Shown here piece after piece: positions 1-8,635 of a stretch of DNA of 64,000 nt. The DNA is from a virus. The position numbers were made by a program, and so were the translations under genes. Location of the stretch: positions 8,052-72,051 of the IMG/VR virus record IMGVR_UViG_3300005613_000046; one strand, given 5' to 3'. Below the pieces are notes generated by a model, which did not search any database, was not told the origin of the DNA, and saw nothing but the letters and a program-made list of their open reading frames with translations. How positions within the stretch are numbered: the first letter of the stretch is position 1; every line of letters begins with the position of its first letter.

Positions 1-2573
1 ACTTCAAAATAGTCTGAGTTATGTTCGGTTGCGGTTTTCCACTCTAAAGATATAATATTATTATTACAAGATCCATCAAATGATAATAACTCAACAGGAA
101 GGGCTGACACTCTCGTTACGGTAATTGTTCTTAAATTATTATCCACACCACAATTAGAATTTGTATTAACATGAATATAATAACTACCCGTTGCAGGTCC
201 TGTAAATGAAACTGGTTGTGTTCCTTGAGTAACTAACGCTCCTTGTGGTTGTCCCATTCTTATTGTTAAATGATCCGTAGATACTGATGAGGTTGCAATG
301 TATTGTTCGTTGTTAAACCCGTTATACCAATGAGCGTATTGACCTGATGGGTGTTGTGGTATTGTCATTGTTGGTTGTTGCATAATTGGCATTGCCTGTT
401 GATTAAATTGTGTTGTATTTGAAACCGTAATCGGAAACGCTGCCAATGAAGATGAACAGGCACTTCCAACTTGATAACTAACAATCACTCTTGCGAAACT
501 ACCTGATAATCCACTATTGTTGTTTCTTAAACCAAAACAACTTGGTGGATTTGTTATTCTAAATTGATTTGTCCCATTAGAAATGTAATTTGCTGGGTTC
601 ATATTCAACGTAAAAATTGGGTTTATACCGTTTGAACAACTACAATGATTAAGAGTATTAAATGTTGGACCATTAACATTATTTAATGTGGTTGTTCTTG
701 TTCCTGCTTGACATTCAACACCAACAGACAATTGAATTTGAACTGATGTAATTACGGCTCCTGCAGGTAAACTACTATTCCAATTAAACCCTGTTTGACC
801 TGAACACCCATTATAATATGATCCGGTTCCACATGATGATGACATATTGAAAAGTGATCCTATTGAATTGATATTAATTGTTGTTGTTTGATTTTGAGGT
901 TGACTTTGTATTCCAACATAATATGTCGTATTATTATTAAGTTGAGGTGTTGTATATGTCGCACCTGTCCCTAATTGTCCAGTTCCATTTGAATTTGAAT
1001 ACCAAACGATGTTGTTTCCTCCTGATGCGGTCAATGTTGTTGAATTACCTAAACACACCACAGAGTTTCCGTTTACCGTTGGTGCCGCCAATGGATTTAC
1101 ATTTACCGTAACTGGTGTTGATGAACTAACACAAGGACCGCTCGTTGATGTTAAATAGTAAGTCGTGTTTGTAGTTAAATTTGGTGTTGTATATGAACTT
1201 CCAGTTCCAAGTGATGTTGTTAAATTTGAATTTGAATACCAAGTAATAGTTCCTGTTCCTGATGCATTTATTGTTGCTGGTGATCCACAACTTGTGGAAG
1301 CACCATTTGATGTTGGTGCCGATATTGGATTTACATTTACCGTATATGCCGTTGGTTGTGAATTACACCCACTTGAATATGGATATGTTATTGTAAAATA
1401 CGCCTGAAATGAATATCCACAGATATTATTTACACTTGATGATGAGTTAAATGAGACTTGTATACTTCCGTTTGATGCCCACGAGTTTACGGTAGCTGCT
1501 GGTATACTATATGTTGCAGTTCTCCATGTAGATGAACATTGACCTCCACCCCACACATTTCCTAAACTTCCTGACTCACCAATTACATTTACCCATTCTG
1601 TTGAGTTATCAATATCCCCTCTGATATAAACCGTAAGTGTTGCGTTACCTGAAGCGTTTGCCGGTGATGATGATACCAATGTTGTTACACTTCCAGGAGT
1701 GCTATATGATGTCATAATATTTGAGGATTGAGTATAAGTTCCACTACCTCCTGCCGCAGATCCTGATGTTACATAAACCGTTGAGTTAGATGTTGGTGTC
1801 GGTATTGTATAATTGTTTCCTGTTCCTAATAGTCCTGTTCCATTTGCGTTTGACCACCACTGATAATTTCCACTACCTCCTTGAGCATTTAAAGTTGTTG
1901 ATTGTCCGCAAGTTGTATTAAATGATTGTGCTGTGGGTGCTTGTGGTCCGTTTGTGACCGTAATTGTGGTTGATGCACAAGTTGATGACCATAATCCATT
2001 CGCATAATTTCTTGCATAATATGTGGTTGTTGAATTGGGTGTCACATTTACTGAAGATCCTGTTGCAAACTGACCTGTAGTTCCACAACCATTTGTAAAC
2101 CAGTATGTTGTTCCGATAGAATTATTCGCAGTTAACGTTGTTGATTGACCTTGACATATACTATTTGTATTTGATGATATTGAAGATGGTGGTTGTGTTT
2201 GAAGGGCCGAAGAACATGAATTTGGTGGATATGTCCAAACTGGAGGTGTTGAGTATGCGTTTGTTGCTAGTATAAGTGCTCCCGTAGCATTTGGTCCATT
2301 GTAAACTCTGTAATAGTTTTCATAAGACCATCCTCCACCATAATACCTAATTGATATTGATTGTCCTTGAAAAACATTAAAGTTATAGGTCACCGGTCCG
2401 TATCCACTTGATAGTGTATAATTCCCATAAGTCATTACACCATTTAAGTATATTCGAATATATCCGCCATTCCAACCATCACCATAGGTGTCTCTTAGTT
2501 GAACCGAATATGTGCATTGTGAAAAGACGAAACTTGTAAAAAAAACAAAAATCGATAATAATAAATTCTTCAT
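1..2573 (-). CDS. Secreted Ig-like repeat protein resembling Bacteroidota T9SS cargo; partial, runs off the left edge (>857 aa)
   Basis: Absent from the ORF track. Hand translation from ATG 2573 gives signal-peptide-like MKNLLLSIFVFFTSFVFSQ, then DTYGDGWNG and Ig-like units (TLTA..W..TTTYY). The same frame at the window edge reads ALPVELLSFDGSC..LEWKTATEHNSDYFEV, a motif typical of T9SS-secreted proteins. Confidence 0.85.
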   Translation of the reverse strand, partial: MKNLLLSIFVFFTSFVFSQCTYSVQLRDTYGDGWNGGYIRIYLNGVMTYGNYTLSSGYGPVTYNFNVFQGQSISIRYYGGGWSYENYYRVYNGPNATGALILATNAYSTPPVWTYPPNSCSSALQTQPPSSISSNTNSICQGQSTTLTANNSIGTTYWFTNGCGTTGQFATGSSVNVTPNSTTTYYARNYANGLWSSTCASTTITVTNGPQAPTAQSFNTTCGQSTTLNAQGGSGNYQWWSNANGTGLLGTGNNYTIPTPTSNSTVYVTSGSAAGGSGTYTQSSNIMTSYSTPGSVTTLVSSSPANASGNATLTVYIRGDIDNSTEWVNVIGESGSLGNVWGGGQCSSTWRTATYSIPAATVNSWASNGSIQVSFNSSSSVNNICGYSFQAYFTITYPYSSGCNSQPTAYTVNVNPISAPTSNGASTSCGSPATINASGTGTITWYSNSNLTTSLGTGSSYTTPNLTTNTTYYLTSTSGPCVSSSTPVTVNVNPLAAPTVNGNSVVCLGNSTTLTASGGNNIVWYSNSNGTGQLGTGATYTTPQLNNNTTYYVGIQSQPQNQTTTININSIGSLFNMSSSCGTGSYYNGCSGQTGFNWNSSLPAGAVITSVQIQLSVGVECQAGTRTTTLNNVNGPTFNTLNHCSCSNGINPIFTLNMNPANYISNGTNQFRITNPPSCFGLRNNNSGLSGSFARVIVSYQVGSACSSSLAAFPITVSNTTQFNQQAMPIMQQPTMTIPQHPSGQYAHWYNGFNNEQYIATSSVSTDHLTIRMGQPQGALVTQGTQPVSFTGPATGSYYIHVNTNSNCGVDNNLRTITVTRVSALPVELLSFDGSCNNNIISLEWKTATEHNSDYFE

Positions 2574-2662
2574 TGCGTATAAACTTGTTTAAGTAAATTT
2601 AACGCTCACTTGAAGAATCTTATTGGAAACCCCCATCTACCATGGGCCGGTCGAGACTACTA

Positions 2663-2670
2663 ATAAATAC
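2663..2670 (-). promoter_or_regulatory. RTATTTAT motif (putative late promoter)
   Basis: GTATTTAT about 90 nt upstream of ATG 2573; the same motif precedes many genes in the window. Confidence 0.5.
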
Positions 2671-2733
2671 GAAGAAATACGTAATAAGGATATATTACTT
2701 TAACTCTATTGAGCAAAACCAACTTTTGATTTA

Positions 2734-3129
2734 TTATTTCTTTACTTTAACAATTTCAACCGTGTCAACGGGTTCCAATGTTACGTCAATAACACCTCTT
2801 TTTAAGAAATTAAGTTGTTTTGCAGTTCCATAACTAAGATCAATAAGAATTGATGATGACCTTGGAAGTCTATCATTTACCTTAACAAAACATACAGAGT
2901 CATTATTCAAATTAGTAACTTTTAGTATTGTTCCGAACTTAAAGTATTTGTGTGCTGCAGTCAAACTATCAGAATAAAACCTTTCACCAGACGCCGTAAG
3001 TCTTCCTGTCCAATGTTGTCCGTAGTATGTCGCCTTACCTTTATACACTATCGGATCTGAAGAAACAAAAGAAATTAGAAAGGTTGATAATAAAATTAAA
3101 ATTATTTTATTTAAAATTTTTGTAGTCAT
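2734..3129 (-). CDS. rlpA: RlpA-family (DPBB) lytic transglycosylase with signal peptide
   Basis: GKATYYG, GRLTASGE, LTAAHK, FGTILKVTN, VNDR and IDLS motifs; start placed at MTTKIL (3129). Confidence 0.88.
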   Translation of the reverse strand: MTTKILNKIILILLSTFLISFVSSDPIVYKGKATYYGQHWTGRLTASGERFYSDSLTAAHKYFKFGTILKVTNLNNDSVCFVKVNDRLPRSSSILIDLSYGTAKQLNFLKRGVIDVTLEPVDTVEIVKVKK

Positions 3130-4360
3130 AAGTTGTAGATATTTTTCTTTTACCATATTTTTTTTCCATTATTTGTTGATGAAGATCCCAATTTAAAATT
3201 GATTCACTAACAGGTTGATCATCATCTTTCGCCATTGCATATAATTTTCCAATTTTCTTTAACATTTTGGTTGACACGTAATTAAATTTTTCAATTTCAT
3301 CTTCAAAAAATTTGATCGGATTGTTTTCGTATTTAATTACATAGTTTAAAAACTTTTTTCTAATCTCATCCGTTTTTTCTAAAGCTTTAACTTTTTCTTC
3401 CGCTCCTGAAGGTAGTAAACCAAGTTGTCCTCCAAATCTTAAAATGTCATCCATGGCATGTTCTGTCATTGCCATAAACATTTTCATTTTGTTATTTACT
3501 AGATCAATATAGACAAGTTCCAAAACCCGATTTATTTTTTCATCAATTGTCATATCAGACGGATCTTCACCTATATGATCAATTAGTGCATCTAATCTAT
3601 CTTCACTTCCTTTTAATTGTGAAATAAAATCATCGAATGTAAAGTTTTTAATTTTTAACAATTCATTATATACTCTGTTGTTTTCTAAAAACTCTCTGAA
3701 CTTTGATTTTGTGATATTTTTTCTTCTAAGTTCATAAGCAACTTCTGTTGGTCTAACAAGATTTTCAATTCCTGATATATAATACAGATATCTAAAGAAA
3801 ACTCTATCAATCACCGGTATTCCAAAAGTTCCTCTTATTTGAGTTGCTTGGTATTCAGCATCAGGACCAATCAAACCATATAGTTTAGCTTGTTTATCGT
3901 ATTTGTGTTTAATCTCATGAGCCAAAGAAGAAACATATTCATCTCTTTCTTCTTCCATTTTACGAATAAGACCTTCTGGTGACCAATTTTCACCAACAGC
4001 AAAAGTTATACTCAATTCCAATTTGGTTGATGGTTCGTTTTCTTTCATGAATTTATCCCTGTCGAACCCAAATCTTCCTCCCATTCCCATTTGAACGATG
4101 TCCAAAACTCCTTCTTCATCTTCAATCTCTTCAATAGTCACGGTAAGTTCATATGAATCCACTTTTATCTTCTTTTTATCACCTAACTCAAATTCAATAT
4201 CACCATCAAATACATATTCATCTTGTATTGTGTCAATTGATTTAATGTCTTTTTCAACAACATCATATAACATGTCGGCAGCATCCAAAATATTATCAGG
4301 AACCCCTAACGCTTCAGTAATAAGTCTCAATTGACTTTCGGTGATTAAAATATTTTTCAT
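3107..4360 (-). CDS. Putative virion-packaged protein with HExxH zincin motif
   Basis: MKNILITESQLRLITE leader; LAHEIKH motif; ATATTTAT at 4365-4372 directly upstream. Confidence 0.6.
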   Translation of the reverse strand: MKNILITESQLRLITEALGVPDNILDAADMLYDVVEKDIKSIDTIQDEYVFDGDIEFELGDKKKIKVDSYELTVTIEEIEDEEGVLDIVQMGMGGRFGFDRDKFMKENEPSTKLELSITFAVGENWSPEGLIRKMEEERDEYVSSLAHEIKHKYDKQAKLYGLIGPDAEYQATQIRGTFGIPVIDRVFFRYLYYISGIENLVRPTEVAYELRRKNITKSKFREFLENNRVYNELLKIKNFTFDDFISQLKGSEDRLDALIDHIGEDPSDMTIDEKINRVLELVYIDLVNNKMKMFMAMTEHAMDDILRFGGQLGLLPSGAEEKVKALEKTDEIRKKFLNYVIKYENNPIKFFEDEIEKFNYVSTKMLKKIGKLYAMAKDDDQPVSESILNWDLHQQIMEKKYGKRKISTTYDYKNFK

Positions 4361-4386
4361 AATAATAAATATATTGGGATTGTAAT

Positions 4387-5040
4387 TTAACCCACAACCC
4401 CAACTAATTCATCCAAATGATGATCAACATCTATTTCAGATTTTATCGGTCTTAGATCCATCATATGAACAATCTCGCTTAAACTATATGGGTGATAATT
4501 GTTTCCATCAACACCAACATCAAGTCGTTTACCTTGACCCCACTTATGTTTACTAGACAAATGAACGTGTCCGTGTAAGTGAATTGACCCTTTATTTAAT
4601 TCATTCCAACTTGATAATGGATAATGACACATCACAAAGTTTTGTCCGTAAATTTTAACTTGTAGATAATCAGATACACTACTGAATCTTTCTTGAATAT
4701 TTTCTCGATTGTTTCGTATATGATGATCGTGATTTCCTAATACAAGGTGAATATTTTTACAAATTAAACGATCTAAAAACTTACCAACATTTTCAAATCC
4801 ACCAAAACTAATGTCACCCAACATAATTAATGTATCGTATTGTCCAACTTTTGAATTGATGTTATTTACCAATACGTCATTCATTTCGTCTATTGATTGA
4901 AAATCCCTTGTAGAGTTAATTGGAATTTGACCGTCTTGAGTTCTCCAATTTGTTACACCTCTACAAATATTTTTATGACTATAGTGAATGTCTGAGGTAA
5001 CCCAAACTTTTCCTGTTACTAATATATCATCAAATTTCAT
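4387..5040 (-). CDS. Calcineurin-like metallophosphoesterase
   Basis: SDIH, LGD, GNHD, HYP and HGHVH motifs. Confidence 0.9.
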   Translation of the reverse strand: MKFDDILVTGKVWVTSDIHYSHKNICRGVTNWRTQDGQIPINSTRDFQSIDEMNDVLVNNINSKVGQYDTLIMLGDISFGGFENVGKFLDRLICKNIHLVLGNHDHHIRNNRENIQERFSSVSDYLQVKIYGQNFVMCHYPLSSWNELNKGSIHLHGHVHLSSKHKWGQGKRLDVGVDGNNYHPYSLSEIVHMMDLRPIKSEIDVDHHLDELVGVVG

Positions 5041-5429
5041 ACTAATTTAATTTGGAATCGATTTTTCATTTGTTCTATTTTGTCTTCAGGAACTCCGTGT
5101 TGGTTGGTATTTCCATGACGATTTTCTACTATGACACTAAAGACCATATATCCATGTTCTTTTGCAAGTTCAAAATATGGTTCCATTTCCCACTCTTGTG
5201 TGAAGGTATTGGACACCGCAATTTTTTTAATACCCGATGTCATCGCATGTCCAACAAACTCTTGGCATTCTTTATGAGCCTCTTTTATTTCTGAGGGGAC
5301 AAAATTATAATTACCATCATTATCATAAAAATAATGATCGGCTTCAAATACGTTTGCCGTCAATTGTTTTGCAAATGTAGTTTTACCTGAACCCGGTATT
5401 CCTCTAACTATGTATAGTATTTTTTCCAT
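5037..5429 (-). CDS. P-loop kinase (AAA_33 / polynucleotide-kinase-like)
   Basis: RGIPGSGKTT Walker A; EAD, SNTF and HGVP motifs; 4-nt overlap with the phosphoesterase gene. Confidence 0.85.
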   Translation of the reverse strand: MEKILYIVRGIPGSGKTTFAKQLTANVFEADHYFYDNDGNYNFVPSEIKEAHKECQEFVGHAMTSGIKKIAVSNTFTQEWEMEPYFELAKEHGYMVFSVIVENRHGNTNQHGVPEDKIEQMKNRFQIKLV

Positions 5430-5433
5430 GATA

Positions 5434-5441
5434 CAAATATA
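5434..5441 (-). promoter_or_regulatory. Bacteroidota-type -7 element TATATTTG
   Basis: TATATTTG-TATC-ATG matches TAnnTTTG; no clear -33 element. Confidence 0.6.
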
Positions 5442-5460
5442 ATAAAAAAAATCGCATAAA

Positions 5461-5484
5461 AAAAGGGAGATTAATCTCCCTTTT
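5461..5484. terminator. Intrinsic terminator
   Basis: AAAAGGGAGA-TTAA-TCTCCCTTTT perfect inverted repeat flanked by A/T tracts. Confidence 0.8.
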
Positions 5485-5500
5485 AAACTAATTATTAAGA

Positions 5501-6391
5501 TTAAATATATTGATCAAACTGACTTGCATCAAACGATGATGTGCTCGTGTCGAAACCTCCACCACCTTTGAATTTCACTTCTTCAGGTTTTGAGGAATCT
5601 TTTGATGGTGTAGTTCCACAAATATTTTTAATAATATTTCCTGACAAACTACCCTTTTCATCTTTATATTTCACACCTTCAATTTGGAATATTTTATTTT
5701 TACAACCAAACCATCCAAACCTTCCATCGGGTAATCTAAAACTAGCACCATTTTTGTCTTGTTTAAATGCATATCCAGTCCCTTTTGGTATTTTTATAGT
5801 CGTTCCTTTTTCTGATTTAACAATATAATCATTTTTTTGACTATATGATTTTCCACCACCAACAGCCTCAGCACCATAAGAGGTTTTTTTATCTTTTGAT
5901 TGACTTTTTGCCAATTTGATTGCCGGTTCTAATGGTTTATAAACATATTCTCTCCATTCACTATCCATATCAATATCACCATCAATAGCATCAAATAAAG
6001 ATTCCGCATAAGTATTTTTATATAAAAAACTTGCTCTACAAAGATCGGGAATTGTCTTAAATTTACCCAAATTTTGTTTTAACATATCTTCATTTGTTCC
6101 GGCCCCCTGTAATGATTGGAAAATAGAAACATTTATTTTTTCAAGTTCACTATTGCTCATAGTTGGTTTTCCCATGTCTTTAGATCCACAAGATTTAAAA
6201 ATCTTTTTAACACCTTCCATTGTTCCATCAGAACTTAAAAGATACACCATAGCTGCGGGTCCTGGCATTGCTAATGCAAGAGTTCCTGTTACAGCGGTTC
6301 CTATAGCATCTTTCACATCACCTACACTATATTCTAATAATATAAATTTTAATTTATCGTATTGTCTTTCGGTTAGTATTATTTTTCTCAT
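5501..6391 (-). CDS. Leader-bearing protein with one annexin-like repeat
   Basis: MRKIILTERQ leader; SLQGAGTNED...LYKNTYAESLFDAIDGD resembles the annexin GxGT(D/N)E...Y..SL..I repeat. Confidence 0.6.
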   Translation of the reverse strand: MRKIILTERQYDKLKFILLEYSVGDVKDAIGTAVTGTLALAMPGPAAMVYLLSSDGTMEGVKKIFKSCGSKDMGKPTMSNSELEKINVSIFQSLQGAGTNEDMLKQNLGKFKTIPDLCRASFLYKNTYAESLFDAIDGDIDMDSEWREYVYKPLEPAIKLAKSQSKDKKTSYGAEAVGGGKSYSQKNDYIVKSEKGTTIKIPKGTGYAFKQDKNGASFRLPDGRFGWFGCKNKIFQIEGVKYKDEKGSLSGNIIKNICGTTPSKDSSKPEEVKFKGGGGFDTSTSSFDASQFDQYI

Positions 6392-6402
6392 ATTTACATT
6401 AT

Positions 6403-6981
6403 TTAACTAAATGTCACATTTTTTTCATATGCGGTTAATGGTTCTGCCTTTGGTTCTTGAGTGTTTACATCTCCAACGTTAGAAACAACGGATTCTGGTT
6501 TTGCACCAACACCATGAATTTTTTTGGTTGGTGTTAATTTACCTTTACAAGATTCGAATGCGCTAATAGTTTTTGAACCAATTAAACCATCTTCAACTAA
6601 TTTCACTTTTAATATTTCTGTCGGACATTCGTCGTTTAATCTCACTTGCATTTTCAAAACTTTTTCATTACAGTTTGGTTTTTTTCCTGCACATGTCATT
6701 GTCGTATATCTACCTGAAGCGACGTTAGTCGTAGGTTGTCCTTGAGGTGGTGTAACAGTAACTGTTGGATTTTGAGCGGTATATTCAGCCGCTGTCGCTG
6801 GCTCAGAACCTAACGGTGGTGATTTATAACCAGTAAGTTTTATAACTTTTCCTGTTTGGTCTTTATAATATTGAACGGGTTCTTCTTGTTCAAAAACATA
6901 ATTGTTTTTGGTTGCAGTTTCATGCATATTCAAAATTCGACTTCTTTCGTTTTCATTAATCACAAAAAGATTTTTTTTCAT
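6403..6981 (-). CDS. Leader-bearing protein with PG_binding_1-like motif
   Basis: INENERSRILNMH leader; VLKMQVRLN...EDGLIGSKTISAF; GTATTTAT at 6997-7004. Confidence 0.55.
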   Translation of the reverse strand: MKKNLFVINENERSRILNMHETATKNNYVFEQEEPVQYYKDQTGKVIKLTGYKSPPLGSEPATAAEYTAQNPTVTVTPPQGQPTTNVASGRYTTMTCAGKKPNCNEKVLKMQVRLNDECPTEILKVKLVEDGLIGSKTISAFESCKGKLTPTKKIHGVGAKPESVVSNVGDVNTQEPKAEPLTAYEKNVTFS

Positions 6982-7013
6982 ATTTGACTTTTTATAATAA
7001 ATACAACAAAAAC

Positions 7014-7047
7014 AAAAAAAGGTGAGTAATTCTCACCTTTTTTTTTT
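7014..7047. terminator. Intrinsic terminator
   Basis: A7-GGTGAG-TAATT-CTCACC-T tract. Confidence 0.8.
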
Positions 7048-7104
7048 GAGTCGACACTGAATGTGTCATTTCTCCACCACTTTGTTTTTATTAGAACAAA
7101 GAAA

Positions 7105-7539
7105 CTATTGTCTTTCCATCCAAATTCTAATCGAATTTTGATTAGTAAAATAATTCTTGAACTGACAATTTTCTAATAACCCTTGTGTTAAATTGTAATC
7201 ATACATCGGACCACTTATATGTCCCCAAGGTGTATTGTTCAATGTCAAAGTAAAATTAAATTGACTTGGATAAAAATTATATGTTGACTGAACTCCGTTG
7301 AATGAATAAACAGAATTTGAAATAAAGACAAGAGTGTCAGATCTTAATTCCTGATTAAAACTCGTGTTCAATATTTTAGTTATAACCCACGTTTGACCCT
7401 TCAAAGACACCGTAGAATCAACTGAAGTTGTGTCAGTGATGATTGGTTGTGGACTCAAAGGTTGTTGAGGTGTAACGTCTTCTTTAACACAAGATGTGAT
7501 TAAAGAAATTAAAATTATTAAAAATGATAAATATTTCAT
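7105..7539 (-). CDS. Lipoprotein of unknown function
   Basis: Hydrophobic signal ending in lipobox LITSC; beta-rich mature region. Confidence 0.7.
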   Translation of the reverse strand: MKYLSFLIILISLITSCVKEDVTPQQPLSPQPIITDTTSVDSTVSLKGQTWVITKILNTSFNQELRSDTLVFISNSVYSFNGVQSTYNFYPSQFNFTLTLNNTPWGHISGPMYDYNLTQGLLENCQFKNYFTNQNSIRIWMERQ

Positions 7540-7540
7540 A

Positions 7541-7816
7541 CTATACTAATGTTTCGATTTTATTTCTTACTTGTTCTCCTATTGACACTTCTTTAACGTT
7601 TGTTAAAATCAAAGACTCTTTTAAAATTTTATGAGGAATGTGAACCAAAAAGGTATTTCCATCAAAATAAGATAAGTCTTCTTTTAGATTTAAGGCACCA
7701 TCAACCATTTTCAAAAAGATCTTAAATTGAATTGGATCCACAAAAGACTCATTTAAAAGGTCTCCGAATTTTTCATTAACGATCGTGATTGTATGTTGAA
7801 ATGTTGATTTTATCAT
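7541..7816 (-). CDS. Hypothetical protein
   Basis: 91-aa ORF with its own promoter, coupled to the next gene. Confidence 0.65.
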   Translation of the reverse strand: MIKSTFQHTITIVNEKFGDLLNESFVDPIQFKIFLKMVDGALNLKEDLSYFDGNTFLVHIPHKILKESLILTNVKEVSIGEQVRNKIETLV

Positions 7817-7831
7817 GGTGTTTTATTTCTA

Positions 7832-7862
7832 CAAATATACTAATAAAAAGAATAACTACAAA
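7832..7862 (-). promoter_or_regulatory. Bacteroidota sigmaA promoter
   Basis: TTTG-N19-TATATTTG. Confidence 0.75.
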
Positions 7863-8279
7863 CTATTTTAAAACTTTTTTTAATAAGTCCAACAATTCTT
7901 TGTTTTCATCTTGTTGTGGAATATCACTTTGTTTGTGGTATTTACATGCGGTATGTTCAAACCCATCTTGAGCCATTTCTAAATCAGGATTTAATTCATC
8001 TTCGGTTTCTTTAAAGAATACAAACATATGTCCCTTTTTTGTCCCATCTTTTTTGAATTTATCAATAAACCCAACAAATTCTATTTTTGGATCTAATTCA
8101 ATATTTGTTTCTTCATAAAATTCTCGAATAGCAGCTTGACCTGGTGATTCACCATCTTCAATCTTTCCTGATGGTATTGACCAAACATTTGGCATTGACT
8201 TATCAGGAGCTCTTTTACATAATAAAACTTCATCATTATGTTTTAATATAATACCCGCCCATTTTTTAAAGTTAACCAT
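7863..8279 (-). CDS. Nudix hydrolase
   Basis: Nudix box GKIEDGESPGQAAIREFYEETNI. Confidence 0.9.
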   Translation of the reverse strand: MVNFKKWAGIILKHNDEVLLCKRAPDKSMPNVWSIPSGKIEDGESPGQAAIREFYEETNIELDPKIEFVGFIDKFKKDGTKKGHMFVFFKETEDELNPDLEMAQDGFEHTACKYHKQSDIPQQDENKELLDLLKKVLK

Positions 8280-8281
8280 AG

Positions 8282-8295
8282 ATATTTATAAATAT
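8282..8295. promoter_or_regulatory. Palindromic double ATATTTAT element between divergent genes
   Basis: ATATTTATAAATAT is a perfect palindrome spanning most of the gap between ATG 8279(-) and ATG 8294(+). Confidence 0.6.
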
Positions 8296-8635
8296 GAAAG
8301 TAAAAATAAATAACAATCTTTTTGATGTTAAAACTTTATTAACTTCCAAAGATACTCAAAAAGGTATGATGGGTAAAAAATTTAATGGGTTTGACGGAAT
8401 GTTATTCTTTATGAAAAAAGAACCACATTCTTTTTGGATGAAAAATTGTGTGGTTCATTTAGATATTATTTTTATTAATGATGATTCAATCGAAAAAATT
8501 CATCACAACTGTAAACCTTGTATGTCTGAAGACTGTGATCGTTATGATGGTTATGGTGATTTAATTTTGGAACTTCCTGGTGGAACTTGCAAAAAATATG
8601 ACATCAAAGAAGGTGATAGTATAGATTTACTTTAA
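8294..8635 (+). CDS. DUF192-family protein
   Basis: GMLF, FWMKN, LDIIFI and LELPGG motifs. Confidence 0.85.
   Translation: MKVKINNNLFDVKTLLTSKDTQKGMMGKKFNGFDGMLFFMKKEPHSFWMKNCVVHLDIIFINDDSIEKIHHNCKPCMSEDCDRYDGYGDLILELPGGTCKKYDIKEGDSIDLL

Noticed and set aside
2620-2700. c-di-GMP-I riboswitch (CCGGCC..GGUAG..GGGGUU resembles its 3' half)
   Set aside because: No GNRA-capped P2 stem or GCAAA elements are visible upstream
7065-7090. SAM-I riboswitch (AGUGGUGGAG-like segment)
   Set aside because: The rest of the SAM-I core is missing, and the element lies 3' of a gene
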